A program made the position numbers and the translations under genes. A stretch of DNA of 64,000 nt from Bispira polyomma (Eukaryota): the NCBI GenBank assembly GCA_965649765.1, contig OZ287748.1, positions 79,794,001 to 79,858,000 of the forward strand, written 5' to 3'. Below are positions 10,825 to 22,647 of this stretch, in pieces (the stretch's first letter is position 1; every line of letters begins with the position of its first letter). The notes beneath the pieces were generated by a model that searched no databases, was not told where the DNA came from, and worked only from the letters and a program-made list of their open reading frames with translations.

Positions 10825-11575
10825 TTTTAGACTATGGTGACGTGGTCTTAGGCTACTGTGACATGGTCTAAGGCTTATGAAATGGTCTAAGGCCTAGACT
10901 ACTGATTTTGAAACCATCGATCATGGTCTGAAAGTTTTTGGGTTTAGGAAAAATCTTTGACTCTATCTTTTCAAACTCACTTAGACTATATGACATGGTA
11001 TTTAAACTACTGATGCATCATCTTATGCAACCGAGACATGGTATTAGGCTAGTGTGACATAGATATATGCTACTGCCATTTGGTTTTAGGCTACTGAGGC
11101 ATGATGTTAGGCTACTGAAACATGATCTTAGGCTACTCATACGGGATCTTGGGCAACTGATACATGTTCTTAGGCTATGTGACATGGACTTTTGCTACTG
11201 ATGCATCAACTTAGGCTACTGTGACATGGTGTTACATGAACTTAAGTTAGGGAAATGGTATGCTTTTACGATGCTGCAACTGGGTCTTAGATCCCTGTGA
11301 AATGGACTAATGTGACAAGGTTTTAGGCTACACAACATAGTCTTAGGCCACAGTGATATGATGTTAGGCTAGTGTGAGATAGTCGTGGGTTATTGTGACA
11401 TGATCTCAGGCTATGTGACATGGCCTTACCTTATATGACATGGTCTTAGAGTACTACAACATGGTTTTATGCTATGTTACATGGTCTGAGGCTAGTGTGA
11501 CAGTGACTTATGTGACATGTTTAGGCTAGTGTGACATGTAACCAGGCCACCTGACATGGTCTTATGCTCCTGTAT
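10825..11575. repeat. Degenerate ~21-bp minisatellite (TTAGGCTACTGTGACATGGTC)
   Basis: Dozens of imperfect tandem units are visible. Confidence 0.85.
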
Positions 11576-11584
11576 ATGGTCATA

Positions 11585-11870
11585 CTCAGTATTATACTAA
11601 GTATGGGGAGGTAGGGGCCCACTGTGCAAGGAGGAAAGAGAAGGGACTTACTGTGCATCAAGGAAGGAACTTTCACAAATTGAAGTAGATATTTAGTATG
11701 TGGAGAGGTAGGGGCCCACTGTTCAACAAGGAAAGAAAGTTTTAAAATTTAAGTATTATACTTAGTATATTGGAAGGTAGGGGGCTCACCGTGCAAGGAG
11801 GTGGGGCCCACAGTGCAACAAGGGAGGAAGTTTTAAAAATTTAAATATTATAATACTTAGTACATGTATG
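11585..11870. repeat. Degenerate tandem repeat containing GGAGGTAGGGGCCCACTGTGCAA
   Basis: Three or more imperfect copies. Confidence 0.7.
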
Positions 11871-12800
11871 CATTCAATATGTACAAAATTACAACGGCTG
11901 AAACTGAAAAATTTAGGAAAATTTGGTTTATCAATTGATTTTGGCATTTGTCCTACTTTTTAAATGGAGTAGACACAAGAAACGGACACAATAAATCATG
12001 ATGTGCTTAGAAGCCGGTCCACGTATACCAGAAAACACTGATGTTATAGGTTAAGTTTAACTGAATAAAGATAGCAAACTTATTTTTTATGTTTTTCAGA
12101 TGTTAAGGAACAGAAAATATTAGTAATGAGAGTATGTAGTAATCCTGTGTTCGTTTTTACTGTTAATAACACTTCTCTATGTTTTAGATTATCATCAACA
12201 CAAACAAGGATGCCTTCTTAGAGCTGTTGCTTTCTGACAATATACAGTTTATAACTTTCTTTGAAATTGTCTGACATATGGTAGAGACTAGTTGATTGTA
12301 CTAGTCGTCCATATTGTCACTAATTAATACTTCTTTCCTTTCTGGAGATTACTTTCTGTAAAGTAATAACAGACATTTGTTTCATTAAGTAGATAATAAA
12401 TGTATTCAGCGCAAATTATCATTTAACTGTTAAATATCCCTTAACATAGCATAAAAGATAAACTTGAAATATTTAACACAAAAAGTTGACAGTCCAACGC
12501 TACAAAAATGTCATAGATTGCAATATGTTTAAATTTAATTTTTTAATGTTTCACTTGAGTTTATTTGTTGCTTTGTCATTTAACATTTTATTAAAATTAG
12601 TTTTTACTTTTAAAATTTGTTCATGAAATGTATTACTCATATAACTATTAATTGATCATATGGTATGCCTTAAAAATACAATGTAAAGATATGTGTAGCT
12701 CTGCTTTGATAAAGTTTGTTAATGAAAATAATATTCTGCTTTAAAAATTAATTAAAAAAATCCTACAAACTGGTACAAATAGTAGTGTTGACATAAATAC

Positions 12801-13013
12801 CTGAATTTTATCCCTGCTTTTTCCAGCATCCACTTGGAGGCTTTTGTATCTTCATACTGACTGTGCTTGTCAGAAAGATACACTATATCTTTAATACCCC
12901 CCTGGATCAGAAACTTTGCACATTCATTGCTAGGAAATAGTGTAACATAGATTGTGTACTTTTTGATGCCAAAACTGTTTTGTTCATAACAGCATTGAGT
13001 TCCGCATGACACA
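12801..13013 (-). CDS. DCTD: DCTD coding exon 3 (frameshifted)
   Basis: CHAELNA motif in one frame and IYVTLFPSNECAK in another; AG/GT boundaries. Confidence 0.85.
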
Positions 13014-13519
13014 CTGAAATGCGAAACATATTAAATTAACTGTTTTAGAAAATGTGTTATTGATGCACTAAGGTCTAAAATTATGCCACTGTGAACCAAA
13101 ATATGTGGGCCCTATCATTAGACAAAATCATCGTATTAGTTTTCAAAACGTAATGCCAGTACTGCACTAATAAAAGTGTTCTGATATTTTAATACATTCA
13201 GTTAACTTATGTATGAGACAAAATTAAGTTGTAGATTTAATGTGCGAGACAAAATTAAGTTGTAGATTTATAGCTTTGGGTTTTTGTTTATCTGATAGCA
13301 CTTAAATTATGTAAACTACCTCAATAGTCATTACTAATATTGAAATTATACAGGTGGACTTTTCATATACTGTTAAAAATTTTATTCGTTTTCAAAGGTA
13401 TTTTCCAGTTAGTGAACAAAACCAAAAGTGGGTGGTTAATTAAACATCAGAGGCGAGGGAGACTTCCAAGACTCAATTAAACACATACTTAGCCTACGCT
13501 TCTTTTCAGTATGTTTTTC

Positions 13520-14930
13520 TCGGCCAGCGTCGGCCGATTTTATTGCTCACTATGTAATACAACCAAGTGCTTCCTTTCAGCATATTTGCATCAGATCCGA
13601 TCATATCATATCCAATTTTGAAACAAAAATGGCTACAAAAACACTGTAATAGGTATAGTTTTCATGCTATACACTCAATATTCATCGGATGTTGAAGTTA
13701 AAAATGGCATGGGAAAGCTTATTTTGTTGTAATAACTGTGCTGTTTTCCCCCACCAAAATCTGTTAAAACACGGCTCAAATATTTAAGTTTATAGAGGGG
13801 TACCCCATTTGATCTTACTCTTATACTGTGAATAATACGTCATAGTAACGTCATAATGACGTCAGTTTTGCAGCTACCTCATAACTTACAAATAAAAGGG
13901 AGTAAAAATTGGAATCCATTTATAAACCTTAATATCTGAGTTGTTTCTGAACTAATTTTGGTGACCATACTACACATATTGAGTATAGATCTGATAAAAG
14001 GAAGCGCTACATCGGTCGACATCGGATCGGATCGGACACACACACAAATCGGCCGACATCGGCCGATGTACCGCTTTCTTCCCCCCCCCCCCCCCCCCCC
14101 CAATCTATCCAAATATACATGCTCAGTCAGGACAAGGCGCAGTAACCCTGATAAATTATACCTTAATATTCCCACTTTCGACCTTCGCATCCACAAAACC
14201 AAAGTTCAGTTCAATCACTGCCTAGCTTATGATGGCCCCCTCATTTGGAACAGCCTACCTGATCATGTTCGCCTGGCTCAAAATTTCTCCTCTTTCAGGA
14301 GTAAGCTGAAGGCCTACCTTTTTGAATAGGCTTTTCCACCTTAGCCCTGCAACCATTTACGGTAGTCTCCCTGGTTACGACTTGCATCTGTCCACTATTT
14401 TTGATTAATGTTTTGGGTTTGTTGCGCCTTAGAATTTGTTGTACAAAGATTAAGCGCTATAAAAGTACGACTAGATTAGATTAGATTAGATTATGGAGGA
14501 GTACCCATTTTTACTTACGTGCGAGTTGTGACGTAGCTGCAAAACGTGACGTATTATTTACTTTAGAAGGGAAGTTACATGGGGTACCCATCTATAACAT
14601 TAAATATCTGAGCCGTTTCTCAACGGATTTTGGTGGGGAAAAAAGCACAGTAATCACAATGAAATAACCTTTCTCATGCCATTTTCAACGTCAACATCTG
14701 ACGAATATTGAGTATATATAGGATGAAAACTATACCTATGATAGCATTTTTGCAGACATTTTTGTTTCAAAATCAGACAGTCCTGACGATTTTTTTCCCT
14801 CCCCAAGAGATAAAATATGTTGGCCAAACAGACGTCGGCCGACGTCTGATTGGATCTGATCCAAATCTGCTGATGTAAATGTGATGGGCAGTTTTCTGTA
14901 GGCCCGACAACCCCAACCAATATAGGCAAA
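13520..14930. mobile_element. Two inverted copies of a non-autonomous DNA-transposon-like repeat flanking an L2 fragment
   Basis: About 13590-13880 is the reverse complement of about 14530-14875 (e.g. ttttcccccaccaaaatctgtt versus aacggattttggtggggaaaa). Confidence 0.7.
14103..14492 (+). mobile_element. 5'-truncated L2 LINE 3' end
   Basis: GPLIWNSLPDHVR..FRSKLKAYLFE*, a gcgctataaaa motif and a (TTAGA)n tail. Confidence 0.85.
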
Positions 14931-14997
14931 TCCTAGATCTGCCACTGGATGTACATTTTTCCAACAGTCCATTATGTACTTTTAAGGTGTTAATTCA

Positions 14998-17900
14998 TGT
15001 ATTAAGGAGGCTCTTGTTACTATTTTCTTTGTTCTAATTACTTCATTAGAAACTGTATATAATTAACACATATAGGTAATGTTATTAAAAGTAAATGTAA
15101 TTAAACAGTTTAAAGTAAGTCAAGCAAATGAATATTACTAATCATGTTTATAAATAACAAAGCAAATGTCATTAAAAGTTTATAGTTAAAAAGTAAATAC
15201 GACATTGTCAAGTAACTAAGTATTATGTTAGTATATAAGTTTAAAGCAACATGTTTATTAATGAATCTTTTGTAAGTATGTGGTATCATCATATTTTTGA
15301 CAACTATATGTTCTAACATATAATGTATTTTATCAATGTATAAGTATGTAGTTTTATACGAGTCTGTGCACTAAGAAACCTTGTTTCCTGTACATCATTC
15401 CTTAGGAATGTAGTCCAAGGTTCTTCCCATATTTACACCTAGGTTTGGCAAAATATGTAATCATGTGACCCTTTCAGCTATCAAAAACTATATTACCCAC
15501 AATCCTATGCAGGTCACATGACACCCCATATAAGGCAATGTTATCTAAATATTATCAGATAACTGGTCACATGACCATCAACAATTCTTTCTTCCTAGTC
15601 ACATGACCATCAACAATTCTTTCTTCCTAGTCAGATGACAAATCACATGACCCTTGCCAAGACTATATAAGGCAATGGTTTGATCACATGACCAAGCAAT
15701 GCATCAACATTTACTAAATTACTAACTTTCTGATCATGTGACTTCTATATTAGGTCATTTTACTTATTTTCTATAACCATGTGACCAGTCTTTCCTCCTA
15801 CACACAGGTACTTCTCAATCACATGAAACAGCAATATCATACTGCATGTGTGTGTTTTACACACACATGATATATTCTACCATTAGTTCAAAGTTTGTTT
15901 AAAGTGAGGTACTCAGGTAATCTGATTAAAAACACTCCTGATATCTGCTAGCAGTTCCAGTTTACATGATGATAGCACAAGTTTAAATTTCAAGTATCTT
16001 AATTCAGGATAACTTTTCAGTTAACAATATTGTGAGTTGTAAATGACCTTGTTTTTGTACTAAGTTGATGAGTATTTGTGTTGACACATTATACAGAATT
16101 TTCAAAAGGATAAGTTAACTGTAAAGATTAACACATGTACTGTTTCTTTCATTGATGTAAAAGGTGACACACTATGTATTTGGTTCACATAATATTCTGC
16201 ATTGTACAGCAAACAATATACATGTGTGTTTGAAAGCTAGTGTATAAATATAATTTACTGATGTATAGTTCTGTTTCATTTAAATTTCTTGTATATAGCA
16301 TATATTAAAACACTGTACAGATGTATTACAATGAATTTCAAGTGTATTGTCTCTCAACTGTCACAGACAAGTATTGTTCTTTAAATCACCTTTTATGTAT
16401 TTACTATATACTACTTTACTATATACGGTCTCACTCTTCAGGCCTGGCCCACCATCCACCTCCCAGGTCTGGTAAATCCCCAGAGTTCTAAAATAAAAAA
16501 AAAAAATATTATGTATATATAACTACTGTTACTTGGATATCCTTCATGAACTAATGTATTGTTTAAAGACATAACTGATGACAATTTATTACTACTGGTA
16601 TACGTCATTACATTTATCATTTGGTATGTTTATTGCTACATATGGGTGTATTTACATAGATTTGATGTTATATTAATTCATTTATTACATTGTGTCACTT
16701 TTATAATTGTTATCTTTTGTATTCACAAAGACTGATGTGTTACATTGTATTATAACTTCAATTTGTAAAATATTTTACTGGTATATTAACTGTATCACTA
16801 GAAATTACATTTCAATTACTGTTAGTGTGTAATATTTCATTTAGAGACACTTACATTAAAATCACGTGTTCTTGAGGACTGAACACCTCCACTTTATCTT
16901 CCACAGTCTCTTGACTCGTTTCAGCTCTCCTAAAAGTAAAAACATCATTATAACCCAGTAGAAACCTTTTGTCACATAATAACAATAACATAGTACGTTA
17001 CAGTTACATTTCTTCAAATATTTTATACTTATACATTAACAAATCTTGCGAAGTATTTGAAAAACATAAATGTTTACTTAATTAATTTTAAAATTGTTAA
17101 AAAATAATTTTACTCACTGGTTTTGCAAATCCATAGTTCTGACCCCAAACCATGTGGGTCCAGGTTTTTATATCCACACTTGCCATCTTCCAAATATTCA
17201 TACGCCTCAAAAATCCTCTTAATCTTCATGCTTCAGCCACATACCAAATCCAGGGAACTGTCCTACATCTCCAAAAAAGGTAAGCCTTTCACACTTACCA
17301 AAATCAATTTTTTTTTTTAATTTTTAAAAATTATTGTATTCGTACACAAACTTTTATAATGCATGTTACTTCTACTTGTATTTCATTTAAGCCATTTAAA
17401 AAAGAGCATCATTCTTTAATACAATAACATATTTATTGTGGAACTATAATCCTTACAAGTCATTTCCTGTAGATGAAAGTTTGTCATTCCAGGCTAATGT
17501 AGTCCCTTCCCTAACTCTTCTTCCCTAGCTTATCTCATAACATCAACATATGAAGGTTAACACTGTAATACCATATCTATGAGGACACTATTTTGTGGTT
17601 AAAAGTTTTATCTCTATTTTATTGCTTTGCCCTTGTGTTTCTGAAATATATGACATGATTTTACCTTGGTATATTCAGCAATGCTATTATAACACAAGAT
17701 ATTCCAGTGCTATTAATTAAAAGTCAGTTATAAATGAATTGTTGTTATTGTAGGAACTTGTAATATTGTATGAGTGTTGTATAATTCACAATATTTGTAC
17801 AGTGATGTATTAAGTAAGACTTGTTTAATTATCAATTACAAAAACACATTTTTACAGTAATGTCATAAATTTTTGCCTTTTACAGTAACTTCCTGATTTT

Positions 17901-18770
17901 TTGCCTTTTACAGTAATATCATGAATGTTTGTGTCAAGTCATGGGACATGACTTCTGTTGAAGGGAGAGATATTATTAAGGAGGCTCTTGTTACTATTTT
18001 CTTTGTTCTAATTACTTCATTAGAAACTGTATATAATTAACACATATAGGTAATGTTATTAAAAGTAAATGTAATTAAACAGTTCAAAGTAAGTCAAGCA
18101 AATGAATATTACTAATCATGTTTATAAATAACAAAGCAAATGTCATTAAAAGTTTATAGTTAAAAAGTAAATACGACATTGTCAAGTAACTAAGTATTAT
18201 GTTAGTATATAAGTTTAAAGCAACATGTTTATTAATGAATCTTTTGTAAGTATGTGGTATCATCATATTTTTGACAACTATATGTTCTAACATATAATGT
18301 ATTTTATCAATGTATAAGTATGTAGTTTTATACAAGTCTGTGCACTAAGAAACCTTGTTTCCTGTACATCATTCCTTAGGAATGTAGTCCAAGGTTCTTC
18401 CCATATTTACACCTAGGTTTGGCAAAATATGTAATCATGTGACCCTTTCAGCTATCAAAAACTATATTACCCACAATCCTATGCAGGTCACATGACACCC
18501 CATATAAGGCAATGTTATCTAAATATTATCAGATAACTGGTCACATGACCATCAACAATTCTTTCTTCCTAGTCACATGACCATCAACAATTCTTTCTTC
18601 CTAGTCAGATGACAAATCACATGACCCTTGCCAAGACTATATAAGGCAATGGTTTGATCACATGGCCAAGCAATGCATCAACATTTACTAAATTACTAAC
18701 TTTCTGATCATGTGACTTCTATATTAGGTCATTTTACTTATTTTCTATAACCATGTGACCAGTCTTTCCT
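14998..18770 (+). mobile_element. LTR-like non-autonomous element: ~800-bp direct repeats at about 14998-15797 and 17971-18770
   Basis: Only about 3 visible substitutions between the repeats; purine tract GAAGGGAGAGA just before the second copy; TATA and TCACATGA clusters inside; no gag/pol ORF. Confidence 0.65.
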
Positions 18771-19081
18771 GTAGGATTCCAGAGAATGGAATGTCAATGA
18801 GTCATGGCATGCATTCTACAGTTAGGTATATAAGGAGGCTTTTTAGCCAGTTTAGACAGAGAGTTGTTTAGAAGAGACCCATATGAACTACTAAGAGTGA
18901 TGTAACTCAGCTTATAGGAAATTTAACTAGAGGCACCATCAAGAAAGAACTTGTACTTTTTTATATATTTTTATGAACATTGTTATTTTGTTGTTAATAA
19001 AAGAAGAAAACATATATTGAACTTTCATTTGACCCAAACAATTGTCAAGTGGGGAACTCAGAAGAACACGACCTACCTACA
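18770..19081 (+). mobile_element. Solo LTR (312 bp)
   Basis: TGTAGG...CCTACA termini with internal TATATAA and AATAAA; no matching TSD. Confidence 0.7.
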
Positions 19082-19304
19082 GTTGATTAACAAGGAACAA
19101 TAACTTGGCATCTAGACCACCTCCACTTGACACATGTCTTATTCTTATTTTACAAGAATAACTTACTGTAATTTAAATGTATAAAACTAATCAAAACAAC
19201 TCAAATTCATTTGTTTCATAATACAATTTTACTTGATAAAACATGGGCAAGACTCTTTTGACAGTTATTTTTAAATACCCTTACCCAACTAACTATAGTC
19301 ATAC

Positions 19305-19440
19305 CATGAAAGTGTTTGTTATTTAGACCATCGTCTGTACTATTTCCCCAAGGCATGACGTTATCACTGCATCTTTTTGGCATGCCATTATAACCAGTAC
19401 TAACTATGATATGATCTTCGTTTACAATACATGCCCCAAC
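19305..19440 (-). CDS. DCTD: DCTD coding exon 2
   Basis: AG|VGACIVNEDHIIVSTGYNGMPKRCSDNVMPWGNSTDDGLNNKHFH|GT; not present in the ORF track. Confidence 0.88.
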
Positions 19441-20286
19441 CTAAAAACAGAGGACAGATTTTACAAAATAGTAAGAAAAGAAACTTATGTGCAAGTTTCT
19501 TTAAGATAGTCCTGCTAATATTAGATGGAAAAATTACATATAAACAAAACTTTTTGGAATAATTGTAAATGAACAGAAATACTAAAGCATTATTTGAAAT
19601 ACTTATGACTGATCAGGCATTCTATTAAAGCATTTTTTGAATAATCTAAAAAAATAAGAAATACAAAAGCATCTTTTGCAATACATTTAGTTAAATGATC
19701 AGAAATACTGAAGTATAGCTGCCCATCACATTGTTGCAATATACTAAATATCATAAATACTGAACTAGTTTTTTTTTTGGCAACATATCCAAATGCACAG
19801 AAACATTTTTCGCACTATTTCTTAATGAGCATAAATAGTAAAGCATTTTTCACAATAGTTTTAAATGACCAAAATTACTCGTTGGACTGCAACATAATTT
19901 AATGGTGAATATCTCTTGAGAAATACTAAATTTGGCTATTGATTTAGCTGAATTACGTCACTTTTTGGTGTAATCACAGTACATTATTATATATCTGGGA
20001 CAGAAATAAATTCAAGATATTATATCCTTGAACTCCACCACGAAAGATTACATCAAAAAGATTACATTTTAGCTTTCCCTTATAATCATTGATTCTATCA
20101 TTTCAAGTCAGGTGATTTATTTCATTTCGAAATCCAAGTGATATACATAATAACAATCTTTTCAATACTTTTAAACATAATAATATCAGTCGAATAGACA
20201 TCAATAATATTATTACTGATCAGTAATAAAGGAAAATACTTATTTTTCTTGCCAGTCGTATGGTGGGTAATATAAGCTTTCTTTAC

Positions 20287-20415
20287 CTGTGTTCTCGGAT
20301 CTTTGCTCCTTTTAGCAGAAAGTAGTTCTACTCCCATGAAGTACTCTTCCCATCCCAAGTAATCCTGTCGTTTCTGTTGTGTTTTAGTATCTGACTGTAC
20401 TGTACTGTCAGCCAT
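20287..20415 (-). CDS. DCTD: DCTD coding exon 1
   Basis: MADST...DYLGWEEYFMGVELLSAKRSKDPRTQ, then a GT donor in phase 0. Confidence 0.88.
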
Positions 20416-21714
20416 CAGAAGAGGTATGTGTATTGTAATTATATATATATTATATTTCCAAGTAATGATGGATTAATAAAAGAACTTGACTTTCTTAAAA
20501 GTTTATAGAAGAAATGTAAGGTATATCCAGTAAGTTTTTATTTCAAAGTAGATGCTCTGTTGAAAAAGAAATATACATCCAGCAAGTTTTTAAAAGGGCA
20601 GAAACTGCAGATTTAATTACCATCAAAATAAAGCCAGTTAAAAAGTCTGAATTTTTTAATATAATAAATTGTTTCTAACAGGACGGTTTGACAAATCGAG
20701 GGAGTTAAACCACAAATGTATCAGTATATATATAGAGTGGTGCTTTTTTATTACATATAGTTACTTATTACCAGATGTTTTATACAAAGTAGAGCAAGTA
20801 GAAGTACTTCACCAAATGTTTGGTCTACTAAGTTGTTAAGCACAGGTTCTGTTAAAGCCCTAAAGGCATTTATAAACAAGTTCTCACGCGTTATACACAC
20901 ACATATATGTCCTCAAGTCAAGCGACAGAGGATCACTGTTTACATGACTTGTCTACATATTACACTATCACAGACGTCATAGTGTCCTAAATATGGTGCA
21001 TAGACTTTTATTACTTCACAAAATAATTTGCGTTCATAGTTAACTTAAGGAAATTAAAGCGTAATAAATCATAATGCACTCATGTATAAGCCTGTACAAG
21101 TATACCAGAAAACTATGACGTTTTAGGTAACGTTGGACTGAAGGAAAATAGCAGCCAAATTAATTTTTTATGTTCTATAGATACTAGAGAACAGAACATA
21201 CAAGTAAAGGGAAGAGTATTCAGTTATGGTAACTCCGGTAGATATATTGAATTACGCTTTGTTACGCCGTCGCCTGGTCAGTGTGTGTAGAGATTTGACC
21301 GTTACCGCTCTCCTAGGAAAACTGTTACACCTATGTCCTGAAATTTACAGGAAATGTTCTTTATTACAAAAGCTTGCCTGGGAGTAATTTCGGCCTCATT
21401 TTGAAAAACAAGATGGCTTTTAGAAAATAAAGCGTTTCTTTGAAAATAATCAGGCTTTAACCGTGTCTGTTTCTCAGCAGTGGAAGGTTAAATCTGTTTA
21501 CGGGTGATATGTTTAATGGATATATATGTCCTGTATAAGCATGCAGACATTTGATTTTGAATCTCCTCATTCAAGGTTATCATGGGCTGGTAATCTTTTC
21601 CTTTAAAATGCTTTGATAACCTGACGGTACACATGGCAAGGTGCATACTATCAGTTAAATCAAAGCATTGTCTAGGACAGAAAACTAGGTCTAGTAGAAA
21701 TGATGGAAAGAAAC

Positions 21715-22645
21715 ATATGTGAAGTAGTGGTTAGGGGATTGGTCTCATGATTAGGAAACATGCAGCACATTGGTGAGGGGGTTTGTCTCATGATTAGGAA
21801 ATGACTTAATAGTTAGGGAGTTTGTCTCATGATTAGGAAATGGCTTAATGGTGAGGGAGTTTGTCTCATGATTAGAAAATGACTTAATAGTTAGGGAGTT
21901 TGTCTCATGATTAGGAAATATGTGGCTTATTGGTTAGGGGAGCAGGTCTCATGATTAACAAACATGTGGCCTTGTGGTTAGGGAGTTGGTCTTATAGAGT
22001 TGGTCTAATTGATAGGAAATATGTGACATAGTGTTTGGGCAATTGGTTTCATGGTTAGGAAACATGTGGTCTGCTGGTTAGGTAATTGATCTCGTGATTG
22101 GGAAAAATGTGGCCTAGTGGTTACACTGGATAAGGAGTTGGTCTCATGATTTGGAAACATGCAGCATTGTGGTGGGGAAGTTGGTCTCATGATTAGAGAA
22201 CATGTGGTCTGGTGGTGAAGGAGTTGGTATCATTAGAGAACATGTGGCATTGTGGTAAGGGAGTTGGTATCATGATTAGAGAACATGTGGCATTGTGGTT
22301 AGGGAGTTGGTATCATTAGAGAACATGTGGCATTGTGGTTAGGGAGTTGGTGTCATGATTAGAGAACATGTGGCATTGTGGTTAGGGAGTTGGTATCATT
22401 AGAGAACATGTGGCATTGTGGTAAGGGAGTTGGTATCATGATTAGAGAACATGTGGCATTGTGGTTAGGGAGTTGGTATCATTAGAGAACATGTGGTATT
22501 GTGGTTAGGGAGTTGGTATCATGATTAGGAACATGTGGCATTGTGGTTAGGAAGTTTGTGTCATGATTAGAGAACATGTGGTCTTGTGGTAAGGTAGTTG
22601 GTCTCATGATTGGGAAACACGTTGCCTAGTAATTAGGGAGTTGGC
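21715..22645 (+). repeat. 40/43-bp minisatellite derived from a SINE/tRNA A-box head
   Basis: Unit AGAGAACATGTGGCATTGTGGTTAGGGAGTTGGTATCA(TGA)TT; similar to SINE heads at 24447, 31745-31815 and 35497. Confidence 0.85.
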
Positions 22646-22647
22646 AT

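Larger units (their letters stand above)
12301..20415 (-). pseudogene. DCTD: dCMP deaminase pseudogene; exons 20415-20287, 19440-19305, 13013-12801, 12355-12301
   Basis: GT-AG splicing gives WEEYFM..SAKRSKDPRTQ|VGACIVN..GYNGMP..W..|VCHAELNAVMNK..IYVTLFPSNECAK..IQGGIK..YLSDK. Lesions: 1-nt deletion at 12978-12981, zinc-ligand motif PCNEC changed to PSNEC, premature TAA at 12349-12351. Confidence 0.9.

Noticed and set aside
16864-17230. Possible two-exon mini-gene on the minus strand inside the LTR-like element (MKIKRIFEAYEYLEDGKCG...)
   Set aside because: Plausible GT/AG sites, but the product is short, has no recognisable motif and has no other support.
15110-18335. Duplicated ORFs MLEHIVVKNMM...
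   Set aside because: Chance AT-rich frames within the 800-bp direct repeats.
21715-22645. CRISPR array or telomeric array
   Set aside because: Contiguous tandem units without unique spacers, no cas genes, eukaryotic context. TTAGGG is only embedded within a longer unit.
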